This document shows positions 52,097 to 63,234 of a stretch of DNA of 64,000 nucleotides, in pieces. The translations under genes were made by a program, and so were the position numbers. The notes beneath the pieces are model-generated. The model was not told where the DNA came from, searched no databases, and worked only from the letters and a program-made list of their open reading frames with translations. The stretch is from Camelus dromedarius. Taxonomy: Eukaryota. The stretch covers positions 7,812,001 to 7,876,000 of the forward strand of contig NC_087436.1 of NCBI RefSeq assembly GCF_036321535.1, in the 5' to 3' direction. Within the stretch, counting starts at the first letter, position 1. Each line of letters starts with the position of its first letter.

Positions 52097-52314
52097 TTTG
52101 AACTTATCTTTGCAGTTGAATTGGTATATCCTCTTTGTTCCTTTCTTCTTCCTTTTGTGGTTTGGTAATTTTCCTTTGTATTATCATGGATTTTATTTAA
52201 TTTTTGTGACTCCTTTGTAAATTTTTGGCTTGTGGTTACCCTTTTTTGTAAATCTGTCAACCCATTACTATAACTGTTTTTATTAAACTGATAGTAACAT
52301 GATCTCAAACCCAT
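52087..52314 (-). other. 75-codon ORF in the L1 inter-ORF spacer overlapping the ORF2 start
   Basis: ATG in strong context (aggATGG); stop within AAATGGCAATAA, covering the first 10 nt of ORF2 out of frame; coding function unproven. Confidence 0.4.
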
Positions 52315-52500
52315 CCTACTGTTAAAAAAATTTAAAAAAGAAAGAAAAAAATATTCTATATTTCCCTGCCTCCCTCTCCCACTCTCAGTGATTTGTATGT
52401 CTTCTTTTATAATTTCATGTTTACTTTATTTGTAATTCATGAGTTATCACCTTTCCAGTTGTGTGTTTCTCATTTCTGTAGCATCCTGCTGCTTTTCTAT

Positions 52501-53401
52501 TTAGAATAGCCCTTTCAATATTTCTTTTAGCATGGGTTTAGTGTTGCTAAACTCCTGCAGCTTTTTTTTTGTCTGTGAAACTCTTTATTTCTCCTTCTAT
52601 CCTCAAGGATAGTCTTGCTGGATAAAGGATCCTAGGCTGCATCTTTTTTTCATTCAGGGCTTTGAATATATCTTGCCACTCCCTTCTGGCCTGTAGTGTT
52701 TGTGTAGAGAAATCAGCTGAGAGCCTTATGGGGGTTCCCTTGTAACTTACTCTTTGCTTTTCTCTTGCTGCCTTTAGAATCATTTCTTTATCCTTGACTC
52801 TGGCCATCTTGATTATGATATGTCTTGGTGTGGGTCTATTTGGGTTCTTCCTGCTTGGGACCCTCTGAGCTTCCCGTACTTGGATATCTGATTCCTTCTT
52901 TAAGTTTGGGAAGTTTTCAGTCATGATTTGTTCAAAAACCTTTTCAATCCCCTTTGATCTTTCTTCTTCTGGGACCCCTATTATGCGAAGATTGGGACGC
53001 TTTATATGATCCCATAGGTCCCTTATGCTATTTTCATTATTTTTTACTTGCTTATCTTGTAGTTCTTCTGAATGGGTGCTTTCTATTGCCCTGTCTTCTA
53101 GATCACTAATTCGTTCCTCTGCATTATCTAGTCGGCTTTGCACAGCTATTAGATCATTCCTCATCTCTGTCAATGAGTTTACCCATTCTACTTGGCTCTT
53201 CTTTATAGCTTCAATTTCATTTTTGACATATTTTATATCTCTAAACACTATCTCTTTTAATTCCTTCAGCAATTCAATCACTCCTTTTTTGAAATCTTGA
53301 TCTAGTAGGCTATCGATGTCTATTTTGTTGATCTTTCTTTCAGGGGATTTCTCTTGTTCTTTTAATTGGGAAAGGTTTTTCTGCTTCTTCATCTTGCTCA
53401 T
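52501..53401 (-). pseudogene. L1 ORF1p (coiled coil, RRM, CTD) with a +1 frameshift near the C-terminus
   Basis: WDHIKRPNLRIIGVPE, TPRHIIIK, ILKAAREK, ARREW, YPARLS motifs; removing one base from the T9 run at 52562-52570 restores ...DKKKLQEFSNTKPMLKEILKGLF*. Confidence 0.95.
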
Positions 53402-53899
53402 ACCTCTCTGGCACTGTGGTTTATGGAGTATCAGTTGTTTATTTTGGTCCTTAAGGATTTTATCTATCTGATGCCTATTTAGGAATAGAACTTAGGAAAA
53501 AAAGAAAAAAAAAATAAGGGAGAGAGAGAAAGAATTTTAAAAGAAGGGAGAAAGAGGGTTTGAAAACAGTGTATAATGAATAATAGAAGGGTGAGTTGAA
53601 GCAGAGTATTAATCGGGTTGAGACGTCCTTTTAAAACCTTTACAAAAAAAGGGGGGGGGGGAGATGAATAGATGTATTTGAAACCTGTGTCTAATCAATA
53701 GCAGGACATCAAAACCCAAGAGAAATAGAAATGAATTAAGAAGTAAAGATTAAGAGAGTAATAGAAAATAGAACAGGTAAAAACAGATTTAAAAAAAAAA
53801 GGGGGGGGGGTGTCGGTGTTCTCCTGGAGTCTGTGTGCTTTTAATGTGAAGTCTTTCTGTCTTTGTCCTGTTTTGGAAGCTCAGCTTGCTGTTTTCAGA

Positions 53900-55055
53900 G
53901 GCCCTCCGTTGGCGCCCTCTTCTGTGCTGCTCCCAGCACCTGTCGGCAAGCTGATCGCGCCTCCTCCCAACACTGGGTCAGGTGCAGCTCTCTGCTGTGG
54001 GCGGGCGGGTCGCTGCCCCTCCGGATGCCGCAGTCAGATGTTGCAGACTGGCCGGGTAGGAGGGCGGGTCGTGCCCCCTCCCAGCACCTCGGTCAGGGGC
54101 TGTGTTCATGCCCGAAAGGCGGGGGGCCGCTCTCACTCTACCTGCGCCGCGGGTAGTTCCGCTCTCTGTGCGGCTGCGCGCTCCGCCCTGGTCGGCGCTC
54201 CGCGGGTGGGCTCGGGGAAGACCTGTCCCTGCTCCGAACCAAAACTCAGCTCCTTGTTTGTCTTTGTGGAGCAGGTTCTCTGAGGGACCAGGATGGAAGG
54301 ATCCTATCTGCCCCGGGCTGCAGGCCAGTCTCAGTCTGGCCTTTGAGGCTGCTAAGCCCTTCGGTGCAGATGCAGGTTTCGCCCTCGCCCGAGTGCTCAG
54401 CGCGGAGGATATGGCGGCTGTGCCTAAGCGCTGCCTCTCTTCCCCCGAAAACTTTCCGCGGGTTTTCAGAGATGGGGGTGTGCTCCCTTCCCCCGAGAGC
54501 ACATCAACCTTGCTGTTTTATGGAGTGCCCAGGTTGTTCTGCCCTGTGCACCCACAGCCACGGCGCGCAGCCCCTTGCGTTCCCCCGGGGCTGCCTCCGT
54601 GCAGCCACTAACGTCCTCCGCCCGGCTTGTGCAGCCTGGCCCTGCCCGCCGCTGCCGGCCCGCGTCTCAGGCTGGGTGTCGGGGGGACGCTCTGTGCCCG
54701 TTTAACTTAGTTCTGTTAGTCAAGGGCTGCTCTGTACAGATCCGAGCCTCGGAGGCTCCCCCTCCGTCCCGCTGGCCTCTCAGTTGGAGAAGGGAGACCC
54801 AGCGAGCGAGCGCCAGTCCTCCTTTGCCGCTCCTTCCCTGCAGGACCCGTCCTGCGCTGCTTTGCCTTTTGTTCTTTCTTTTTTCCTTTTCTCCTACCAG
54901 ATTTTTGGCGTCTTTATCTTTTGAAGAGGGCGATGTTCTGTCGGAGTTCCACAGGTGCTCTGGTTGGCTGAGTGGGTCTGTAGATGTGGGTCTTGGTGTA
55001 TTTGTGGGAGAGGGTGACCTACGAGCGTCCTTCTACTCCGCCATCTTCTCCGTCT
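53900..55055 (-). promoter_or_regulatory. L1 internal Pol II promoter / CpG island
   Basis: Only strongly GC/CpG-dense stretch in the window; GGGCGG boxes; YY1 motif at ~55039-55047. Confidence 0.85.
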
Positions 55056-55277
55056 CCTCTACTTATTGTTTATTATACTTCAACCCACTGGAAATTGTGA
55101 ATCTCGCTTTTAGTCTTTTAGTTGTTACCTACAGATTTTGGGTTACATTGTGAGTCCTGTTCATCTTACAGACGTGAATAGATATTTGGTGTTTCTGCTC
55201 TCATGCCTAAGACAGAAAATTTTGCATGGTTTCCGTTTCCTTCCATGCCTAACTCCTCCCATTTTATAGTTTTCTAG

Positions 55278-55510
55278 AATAGAGCTTCGAAACTCTGTGC
55301 CACTCAGTGAAGGTATGGTACGAACAGTTTACAGGTGAGAACAAAACGGTGACCGCTTCCTCCATCAGGGGGCCCAGGCAGGGACTGAATGGGCAGGTGG
55401 AGCCCCCACCTCCCTAGTGTCAAGAAGTCTTGTCCTTTTACTCCAGTTTAATTAGAAATATTCTGATTTTCTGTCTACGTCCAGATGTAAAAAGGATTGG
55501 GAACACAAAT
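55278..55510. mobile_element. hAT-Charlie-like MITE relic
   Basis: Ends 'agagcttcgaaactctgtgcc' ... 'gatgtaaaaaggattgggaacac' resemble degenerate Charlie TIRs. Confidence 0.45.
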
Positions 55511-55706
55511 CTAAAGTCTTTATTCTTCCTTTTTTTTTCTAACACAACATATTTACATTGAAATATTATTAGATTTTTCTATCAGATGATCCAAAATCCT
55601 TGGTTAATACTGCTTTTTGCCTAACATTTTTGTTCTGAATTAAGTTTTATTTTTTATGAAACAAAATAGAATATTAGGAATTTGTAAGTAAAAATGAATA
55701 AAAGTC

Positions 55707-55910
55707 ATTGAATGCAGCTCCCTGTGCTATACAATAAAACCTTGCTGTTTATCTTTTCTGTACATAGTAGTTGGCTTGTAGTAACCTGTAATGAAAAAGA
55801 ACATAAGAAGAATATATACACATATGATTGAATCACTATGCTGCACACCAGAAACTAATACGACATTGTAAATCAACTATCCATTGATAATAAATAAATA
55901 AATAAAATAT
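55707..55910 (+). mobile_element. 5'-inverted (twin-primed) truncated L1
   Basis: 55707-55773 antisense L1 3'UTR, 55775-55910 sense continuation ending in an (AAAT)n tail. Confidence 0.85.
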
Positions 55911-56254
55911 AAATGCAAAGTTTTCCCAAGAAAAAGAATAAAACTTAGCCTAAATTTGCTTAAATAATACAGGTTATTTTGTGAAACATTCAGGATAGAA
56001 TGGCTTTAGATGCAGCTTGATAACCGTGTTAGATTTCTCAGCTTTGTTTCACAGCTTTGAAATCGCTCTCATGTCCGCAAGACAGTTGTCATTTTGTTGG
56101 GCTACCTCTTTCCATGTGTATAAGTAACAAACTGTGTCTCTTGAATTGATTTATGCATATGTGCCTCACACCCATTTCTGTAGTGATGCACTGAGGCCAG
56201 GCTGAATAAATTGTGTTGATTAGTTTAAACATAAATTTCATTACGGCTTCTTGC

Positions 56255-56375
56255 TACCACTGTTATCTTAATTTTGCAGATGAAAACTCAGGCAAAGTTT
56301 ACAAAGCTAGGAAGCAGTGTTGCAAGGCTCTGAGACCAGCTGGTTTGATTCCAGAGCTTGGCTATGCCACATTTT
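56255..56375 (-). mobile_element. MIR core fragment
   Basis: 'ttatcttaattttgcagatgaaaactcaggc...agctaggaagcagtg...tggtttgattccagagc'. Confidence 0.6.
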
Positions 56376-57161
56376 ACGATCTGGTTAGTTCCCCTTATGT
56401 TAGGCATCCCTTGTGTAATAAGGAAATCGTATGATCAGACGCTTCTTTACTATCCCAAGGCTGAGATAGGAGTAGGTTGGGAATAACTGAAGGTAATTTT
56501 AATACTGTTTAATACCAAATATGAGGACGTTCTCATACTTCTAGTCTCAAGTTCCCATCACTTGTGTCCCTTTCTGAATATGTACCCACCTGGATCGTAA
56601 TTGTCACCATGTGACTGAGGCAAGTTTGTATCCATCAGGGATTCTCATAATCATTCCTAAAGAAGGAAGCAGTGACCTTTCTTTTCTCCTCCCAGCCTAA
56701 GGCTACACTCCCAATACACTCTGTTAGAAGACTCGCCATTCTCCCCGATAATTGAGACTGGAAATGTCCACCTCCCAAGGGACTACAGACCACAGCAGGC
56801 TGACACAGTGTCCATAACTGCTCTCTTCAAGTCTGAAGCCTATTGATTAAATTTTCTGTGAGCCACTGGCTGCATGTAAACATGCACATCCTTTCCATGA
56901 GCAATAATGCTCAGGGCTAGAAAATCTACACGTAGAAAACAACAAATGTGCACCCATAGCTGCTAAAAATATGCACCCAATTTACGCTACCAAACAAAAA
57001 ATTAAATTCAGTTCTATTTGACTTCTTTTTTCTTCCATCTTCACCGAGAGAAGCTGTTTGCTTCATGTTTGCATAATTAAAACACTCTGCAGCAGTGTGA
57101 CCAGATCAAAAACGTATTTAATTATTTAACAAATATTTGATCATCACACAATTGCAGGCAC

Positions 57162-57380
57162 TGTCCGTAGGCTCAGGTACTCAAAGAAGCAGATGCCAAG
57201 AAGCACAAGAGATGTATTGGAGAAGTATCTGCAAAGGATAAAAGGCAAGGGAGTTAATGGAGCTGAGAGAGCCTCAGACCACAATGCAGGTTTGGCACCT
57301 GTGAAGGGTGATGGGAAAGGAAGATCAGGTTGGAAGAGGTTCATGGTGCTGTGCAGCAAAGCCTTACCTTTGCTTCTTTG
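57162..57380 (-). mobile_element. LTR16-like ERV-L LTR fragment
   Basis: 'gaagcagatgccaaga...gagagcctcagaccacaatgcaggtttggcacctgtgaagg...ggaaaggaag'. Confidence 0.6.
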
Positions 57381-57392
57381 TCAAACAAAAAT

Positions 57393-60300
57393 CAGTTGAC
57401 TATATTTCCAGGTGCCTATTTCTCAACTCTATTCTGTCCACTGATCTCTTTGCCTGTTCCTATACCAATACGATGCTATCCTGATTATTACAGTATTATA
57501 CAAGCAAGTCTTGAGGTCAAGGAGTATCAAAATCCTCCAACTTTAATCTCTTCTTCAGTACTGTGTCGACTATCTCAGATCTTTTTTGCTCTTTTGTATA
57601 AACTTTAGATTCAGTTTGTTGCTAGCTACAGAATTAACTTACTAGGATTTTGAATGAGATTGTGTTAAATCTGTGTATCGAGCTGCAAAAAACCTGATTT
57701 CTTAATGATATTGAGTCTTTTATCCATGAACATCAATTTTCTGCCCATGTATTTAAATCTTCAATCTCTTTTATTAGAGTTTTGTATTTTTCCTCCTATG
57801 GGCCTGGGACCTAGTTTGTGAGATTTAGACTTCAGTATTTTCTTTATTTTTGTGTTAATGTAACTAGTATTGTGTTTTTAATTTCAAACTCCAATTGTCC
57901 ATTGCTGGTATATGGGAAAGCAATTGAGTTTACGCATTATTTTGTATATGGTAAACTTGCTTTTATAATGTGTATTGGTTCCAGGAGGTTTTTTTTGTCA
58001 ATTCTTCGGGAATTTTCTGCATGGATAATCATATCATCTGTGAATAATAACAGTTTGATTTCTCCCTTGCCAACGTGTATATGCTTTATCTCCTTCTATT
58101 ATCTCATTGTATTAGCTAAGACTTGCAGCAAAACATAGGAGTAGAGAAAGGGGGCATTCCTGCTTGGCTTCAGATCGTAGACGGGAGGCATCTAATTTCT
58201 GGCCATTAAGTATGATATTAGGTGAGAACTTTTGGTAGGTGTTCTTTATCAAGTTGAAGCAGTTACCCTTTATTCCTAGTTCACTTCAGGTTTTTATCAC
58301 AAACGGGTTTTAGGTTTTGTCAAACGCTTCTCCTATATCTATTAACACGGTCATATGAGGTTTCATCTTTAGCCTGTTTACGTGATGAGTGACATTAATT
58401 GACTGTCACATGCTGAAAGAGCCTTGCACATCTGGAATAAATCCCGCTTGGTCATGGAAAATAGTTCTTTTTGTTCATTGTTGGGTTTGATTTTCTCCGA
58501 CGTTGTCAGTGATTTTTACATCTGTGTGCATGAGAGATGCCGATCTTCAGTTTTCCTTTCTTATAAAGTCCTTATCTGCTAAATGTAGTCCGCTTCTATT
58601 TTCTGGAAGAGATCGTGGAGAATTGGTATAATTTATTCATTAAAAGGTTGATAAGATACATAAGATAACCATCTGAGCCTGGTGCTTTCTTTCTTGAAAG
58701 TTCATAAATTATTGATTCATTGCTTTTTAATAGAAATAGATCTATTCAGTTATTTATTTCTCCTTGCATGAGTTTTGTTCATTTATGTCATTTCAAAGAA
58801 TTGGTTCATTTATGTTCATTTCAAAGAATTGGTACATTTTACCTAAGTTATCACATGCATGGATGCAGAGTTATTCAAAATATTCATTTATTATCTATTT
58901 AATGGGATCAGTTGCAATGTCCTTTCATTCTGACATTAGTAATTTGTGCTGTCTTTTCTTCCCTCAGTTAGGCTGGCTTAAAGTTTTCATTTTATGGATC
59001 TTTTTAAAGTGCTAACATTTATTTTCACTGATTTTGTCTACTTTCTTTCTGTTTACAATTTTATTGATTTCTGCTCCACTTTGTATTATTTATTTTCTTC
59101 TGTGCTTTTTGGATTTAGGTTGCTTTTTTTCCTGTGGTCTTCTAAAGTGGAAGATTGGATTACGGATTTTAGATCTTCTTTTTGATAGATGTATTCATGC
59201 TTGTTGCATTGTAACATTTTCGATGAGTTGTATTTTCATTTAGTTGGAAATATTTTTGAATTTTTCTTGAGACTTCTTCCTTAATTATGGTGTTATTTGA
59301 AACATATGCATTAATTTTTTTTAATTTCCAAATATATTGTAGTTTTTCAGCATTCTGTTTTTTGACTTTCAGTTTAATTCTGCTGTGGTCTGAGAGCATA
59401 TTTTGTATGATTTCTGTTCTTTTAAATTTGTTGATGTCTGTTTTATGACTCCAAATATGGTAGATCTTAGCCAATGTTCCATGTGAGTTTGCGAAGAATA
59501 TGTATTCTGCTCTTGTTTTGTGACATAGTCTATAAAAGGCAACTAGATCTAGATTAATTGTTCAGTTCAAATCTACCCTCACTGAATTCTCATCTGCTTG
59601 ATCTGTCACTTACTGACAGAGGTGTGTTTAAATCTCCAACTATAATAAAATATTTGTCCATTTCTTCTTGCAGTCTTGTCCATTTTCATCGCACTCTTTC
59701 CTTCTTGTGGCATTCCAGTTTTGGAACTGTCTATTGACAAATCTTCAAGGTCACTGAATCTTTCCTCGACTGTGTCCAGTCTACTCATCAGCCCATCCAA
59801 GAAGGCATTCCTCATTTCCTTTACGGTGTTCTTGATTTCTAGCATTTTCTTCTGACTCTTTCACAGCATTTCCATCTCTCTGCTTACATTAATCTCTCTG
59901 TTCTTACATCTGGTTTACTTTTTTCCATTAGAGAAAAACTTAATCATAACATATTTAAATTCTCTATCTGTTGATGACAAAATCTGTCTCCTTCTGATGC
60001 TCTCTTTGTCTTTTCTAACTTGCTTTTGTCTTGTCTTTAAATGCCTCATAATTTTTTACTGAAAGCTGGAAATGATGTATCTGGATATAGGAACAAAGAG
60101 CATCTGGCTTTTAGTGTGAGGTTTTACATTAATCAGTGTAAGAACAGAGAGACATTTAACGTTGGTTGCAGCTCTGGGCACCAAAGGCTTTCATTTCCTC
60201 CAGCCTTTTTGTTGTTTTTCTCCCCTTTGTCTTTGGTTTTCCCTAAACACTTTCTTAAATAGAGTATGTTTTGCAGCTCTCCCAGATGTAATCCACTATT

Positions 60301-60500
60301 AATATCCTGGCACCATATTCCTGTGGTGATTAGGTTTTGGAGAACATGCATTCTATAATCGTGTGACTAAATCTGTTCATCCTTTCCTGGCGTCGGTCCC
60401 TGGGCTGTGATCTTCAGAAGTGTTTCTTAGTCTTTTTACTTTTTTCTCCTCCACGTGCAACAGGAAGTCTAGAAGGGACTGCATTTGTCTAGTTGCCTTT
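57393..60500 (-). mobile_element. Older L1M (ORF2, ORF1 and 5'UTR relics) with internal deletions
   Basis: ORF 59169..59474 has HIWSHKTDINKFKRTEIIQNMLSDHSRIKL (EN); ORF 59606..59845 has ORF1 coiled coil MLEIKNTVKEMRNAF.DGL.SRLDT.EER.SDLED. Confidence 0.88.
58777..58831. repeat. Tandem duplication, ~27-28 bp x2
   Basis: gttcatttatgtcatttcaaagaattg / gttcatttatgttcatttcaaagaattg. Confidence 0.9.
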
Positions 60501-60710
60501 AACTTAGATCAAACAGTCAAAGGATGTACAGTTTCCATTATCCAAGGTAAGTCCTAGAGATCCACTGACCTAGAAGATCAGCTGATCCTCGCTTCTCTCT
60601 GGCCAGTTTGTCTCCCTCTCCTACTGAGACCATGATCCTTTAGCTCAGTAATTTATTTGGATTCACCACCCTTTCTTCTCTATAACCAACCACGGATCCT
60701 TATCCCTTAC

Positions 60711-61212
60711 TGTGATGGTTAATTTCATGTGTCAACTCAGATACCGTGTTTGGGTGTTTGGTCCTTTGGTCACGTGCCACTATGTATGTTGCTGTGAAGG
60801 CTTCTGTTTTTTGTTTTAGATGTGATTCACTTTTAAATTAGTAAACTGAGTAAAGCGGATTACCATCCATAAAGAGAGTGGGTCTCCACCAATAAATTGA
60901 AGGCTTTAAGAGCAAAGACTGAGTTTTCCTGAAGAAGGGATTTCCCTCAAGACTACAATAGAGAAAGTCTGCCTGAGTTTCCAGCTGCCACCCTGAGGAA
61001 TTCAGACTCAAGACTGCAATATCATCTATGCCCAAAATTTCCAACCTGCCTGCCTTACAAATTTCAGACTTGCCAGCCTCCACAATCAAGTGATTGATCC
61101 AATTTCTTAAAATAAATCTCTCAATATATGGATAAGCAGATAGATAGAGAAAGATATATCTATATCTAATTTCCTATTGGTTCTACTTCTCTGAAGAATC
61201 CTAACTAAAACA
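60711..61212 (+). mobile_element. MLT2D-like solo LTR
   Basis: TGTGATGGTTAATTTCATGTGTCAACT ... cctattggttctacttctctgaagaatcctaactaaaaca. Confidence 0.88.
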
Positions 61213-62491
61213 CTTGTATTCTCAATATGTTGTAATTTCCTTGAGGACAGTAATTATGTCTGTTTGATTCAGTGCTGTGGGACGATGTTCAATATACAGC
61301 GAGTTGGCATTCAGTTTTTGTTAAGTGAATAAATGTTCCTTAATGTACTTTTTTTTTTTTCCTGGATAAATTATCTGGTGCCAGTATGCTAGATTACTTC
61401 TATATTAAAGTTGAAATATGACTGAAATGGACAAACCCTTTAGAAGAGAAAGATCTTGCAATTCTCAGGTGTCTAGTCTGTGTGGTACTTGGAGACAGCC
61501 TGGCTTGTTGCTTAGAAATGATCTGTAAATAGACATAATCAGTGGACATAAGGAAAACATTACTTTATCCCTAGACACACATATTACACAAACTGGCAGA
61601 AGGCAGTGGTGATAATCTGCAAAACATAGTGAGAGTACACAAAGGAAGTGAGGGAGCTCGTGGGGTTCTCCAGGGAGGGCCATTAAACAAACACTTCTCC
61701 CCAAGGGTCAAGAGGGATCTGAAGACACAGTGTGATGGTGTTACTCTGTGTTGAAAGTGTTGCCTGTCTTCCTTAATCGAACTCAGAAATGTGTACATAT
61801 TGCTTTGATGAGTTCCCTAATAACGTCCCTGGGGTATTGAAATTCCTCATGAAGCTTCTCCTCTGTGGAGAAATTTTGAAGCCTGACTTTTCTTTAAGGA
61901 GCTGATAGCCATTTCAAGGAAATGGAGACACAGTGACTTGAAAAGAGCTGGTCAGTGTCACCCTTGCCTGAACCCACACCATTATAAGCTGTTGCTAGTG
62001 GACACTGTATTTATTAATGCAATTATCTCTCTCTATATATATATCATATAACATATTAAATATACATATTTGTATACATAAGATTTTTAATCAATTTCAG
62101 AATATTTATTTTTCTGTTAGAGGAGTTTCTCCTTTATAATTAATATGTTAAATAATTTGAGTATTTTCTATTTGGATTAATATGATCATCATCATTATTT
62201 CAGTCTTCAATTTTTTAGTATGTCATTAAATAATTTCCAGCTTTGCATTGTTTAAAACTCTCAGCATTTCTGGTCCATTCGCTTTCTATTTTTTAAACAT
62301 TTTCTATCACTACTGTATTGTATGTAAAAGGTCCTTTGTCATTGCATCTGTGAAGAAGTGAATCAAATATTTGTTATAAAAAAAAATTTCATCTTGATAT
62401 GAGAAAGTTGTGCTACGATTGTTTAATTAACTATTAACACCGATGATAATTTTATCAACAATTTACCTAACAATAAAATTTTGGTTCAAAA

Positions 62492-63234
62492 TGTAACCAA
62501 GCAGGACCCTATTGTCATCAGTGACCAGCCGACATCTGCAATGGTGTTTCATGGTTTAAAGGTTCTTCTCGTGCTCTTGCTGACCAGGGTTGGGCTGCAG
62601 AGGAGGGAGGCTTGGGTGGTCCACCCACTGCCTCGTGGTGCTGTGTGAAGGGGTCAAGCTCAGTGCCCTTCTCCTGACACCAGTGCCTTCCTCTTGCCCC
62701 CAGTGCCCTCTTCTTGACCCCTTGTGGTTTCCTTGAATTTTGTTGTTCGAGCTGTGGGCCTCAGCCTGCAGCAGGAGGACCCAGGCCTCAGCCTGCTCAA
62801 AAGGCTAAAAGCAATTATCAGCCTGACTTTAAACTGCACAAGATTTCTCTAGAGCTCTTTTCTATGGAGCCCCTTCCTATGCATCCTTTGTTCTGGGTAT
62901 AAGAATACTGAGAGAGTCCCAGAGCCAGAGGTGAGCTTCATACCCAGCAGAGGGAAGAGGGTAACTGCATCTGCAAAGACAGGAACAACTTTGCAATAAT
63001 TTGTTACCCTGTATGTGATCTCTATGGAAACCACCTCCGCCCTTTAAACTCCTGAACTTTTACTATAAAACCCCCTGCCTTCACTTCCCAGTAGGCTTAC
63101 AGTCTTAGAGGCACCAGCCCACCATGACCTCCTTTGCCTGCAAAGAAATAAAGCTGCTTTTTCTACTTCATCCAAAACTCTATCCTTAAGTCCCAATTTG
63201 GTGAGTGGAGTGTGGAGGCCAAGTTTCGGTAACA
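62492..63234 (+). mobile_element. ERV1-type solo LTR (artiodactyl-like, TGTAACCAAGCAGGACCCT start)
   Basis: TG...CA termini (TGTAACC ... TTTCGGTAACA), TATAAAA at ~63065, AATAAA at ~63147, flanks aaaa/aaat. Confidence 0.8.

Larger units (their letters stand above)
47973..55055 (-). mobile_element. Full-length LINE-1 (~7.1 kb), lineage-specific, inactivated
   Basis: 5' end GAGACGGAGAAGATGGCGG (YY1 motif), CpG-rich 5'UTR, ORF1, spacer, ORF2, 3'UTR, AATAAA and A tail; 19-bp TSD 47954-47972 / 55056-55074 (17/19 identical). Confidence 0.98.

Noticed and set aside
48802..52220. Long + strand ORFs (186, 118 and 202 aa)
   Set aside because: Antisense shadows of L1 ORF2, commonly misannotated as hypothetical proteins.
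53810..54705. Overlapping 97-174 aa ORFs in the L1 5'UTR
   Set aside because: Expected in stop-poor GC-rich DNA; mostly non-ATG starts and no recognisable domains.
61445..61990. Possible ancient Gypsy/LTR relic
   Set aside because: Composition is suggestive but I could not identify termini, TSD or family motifs.
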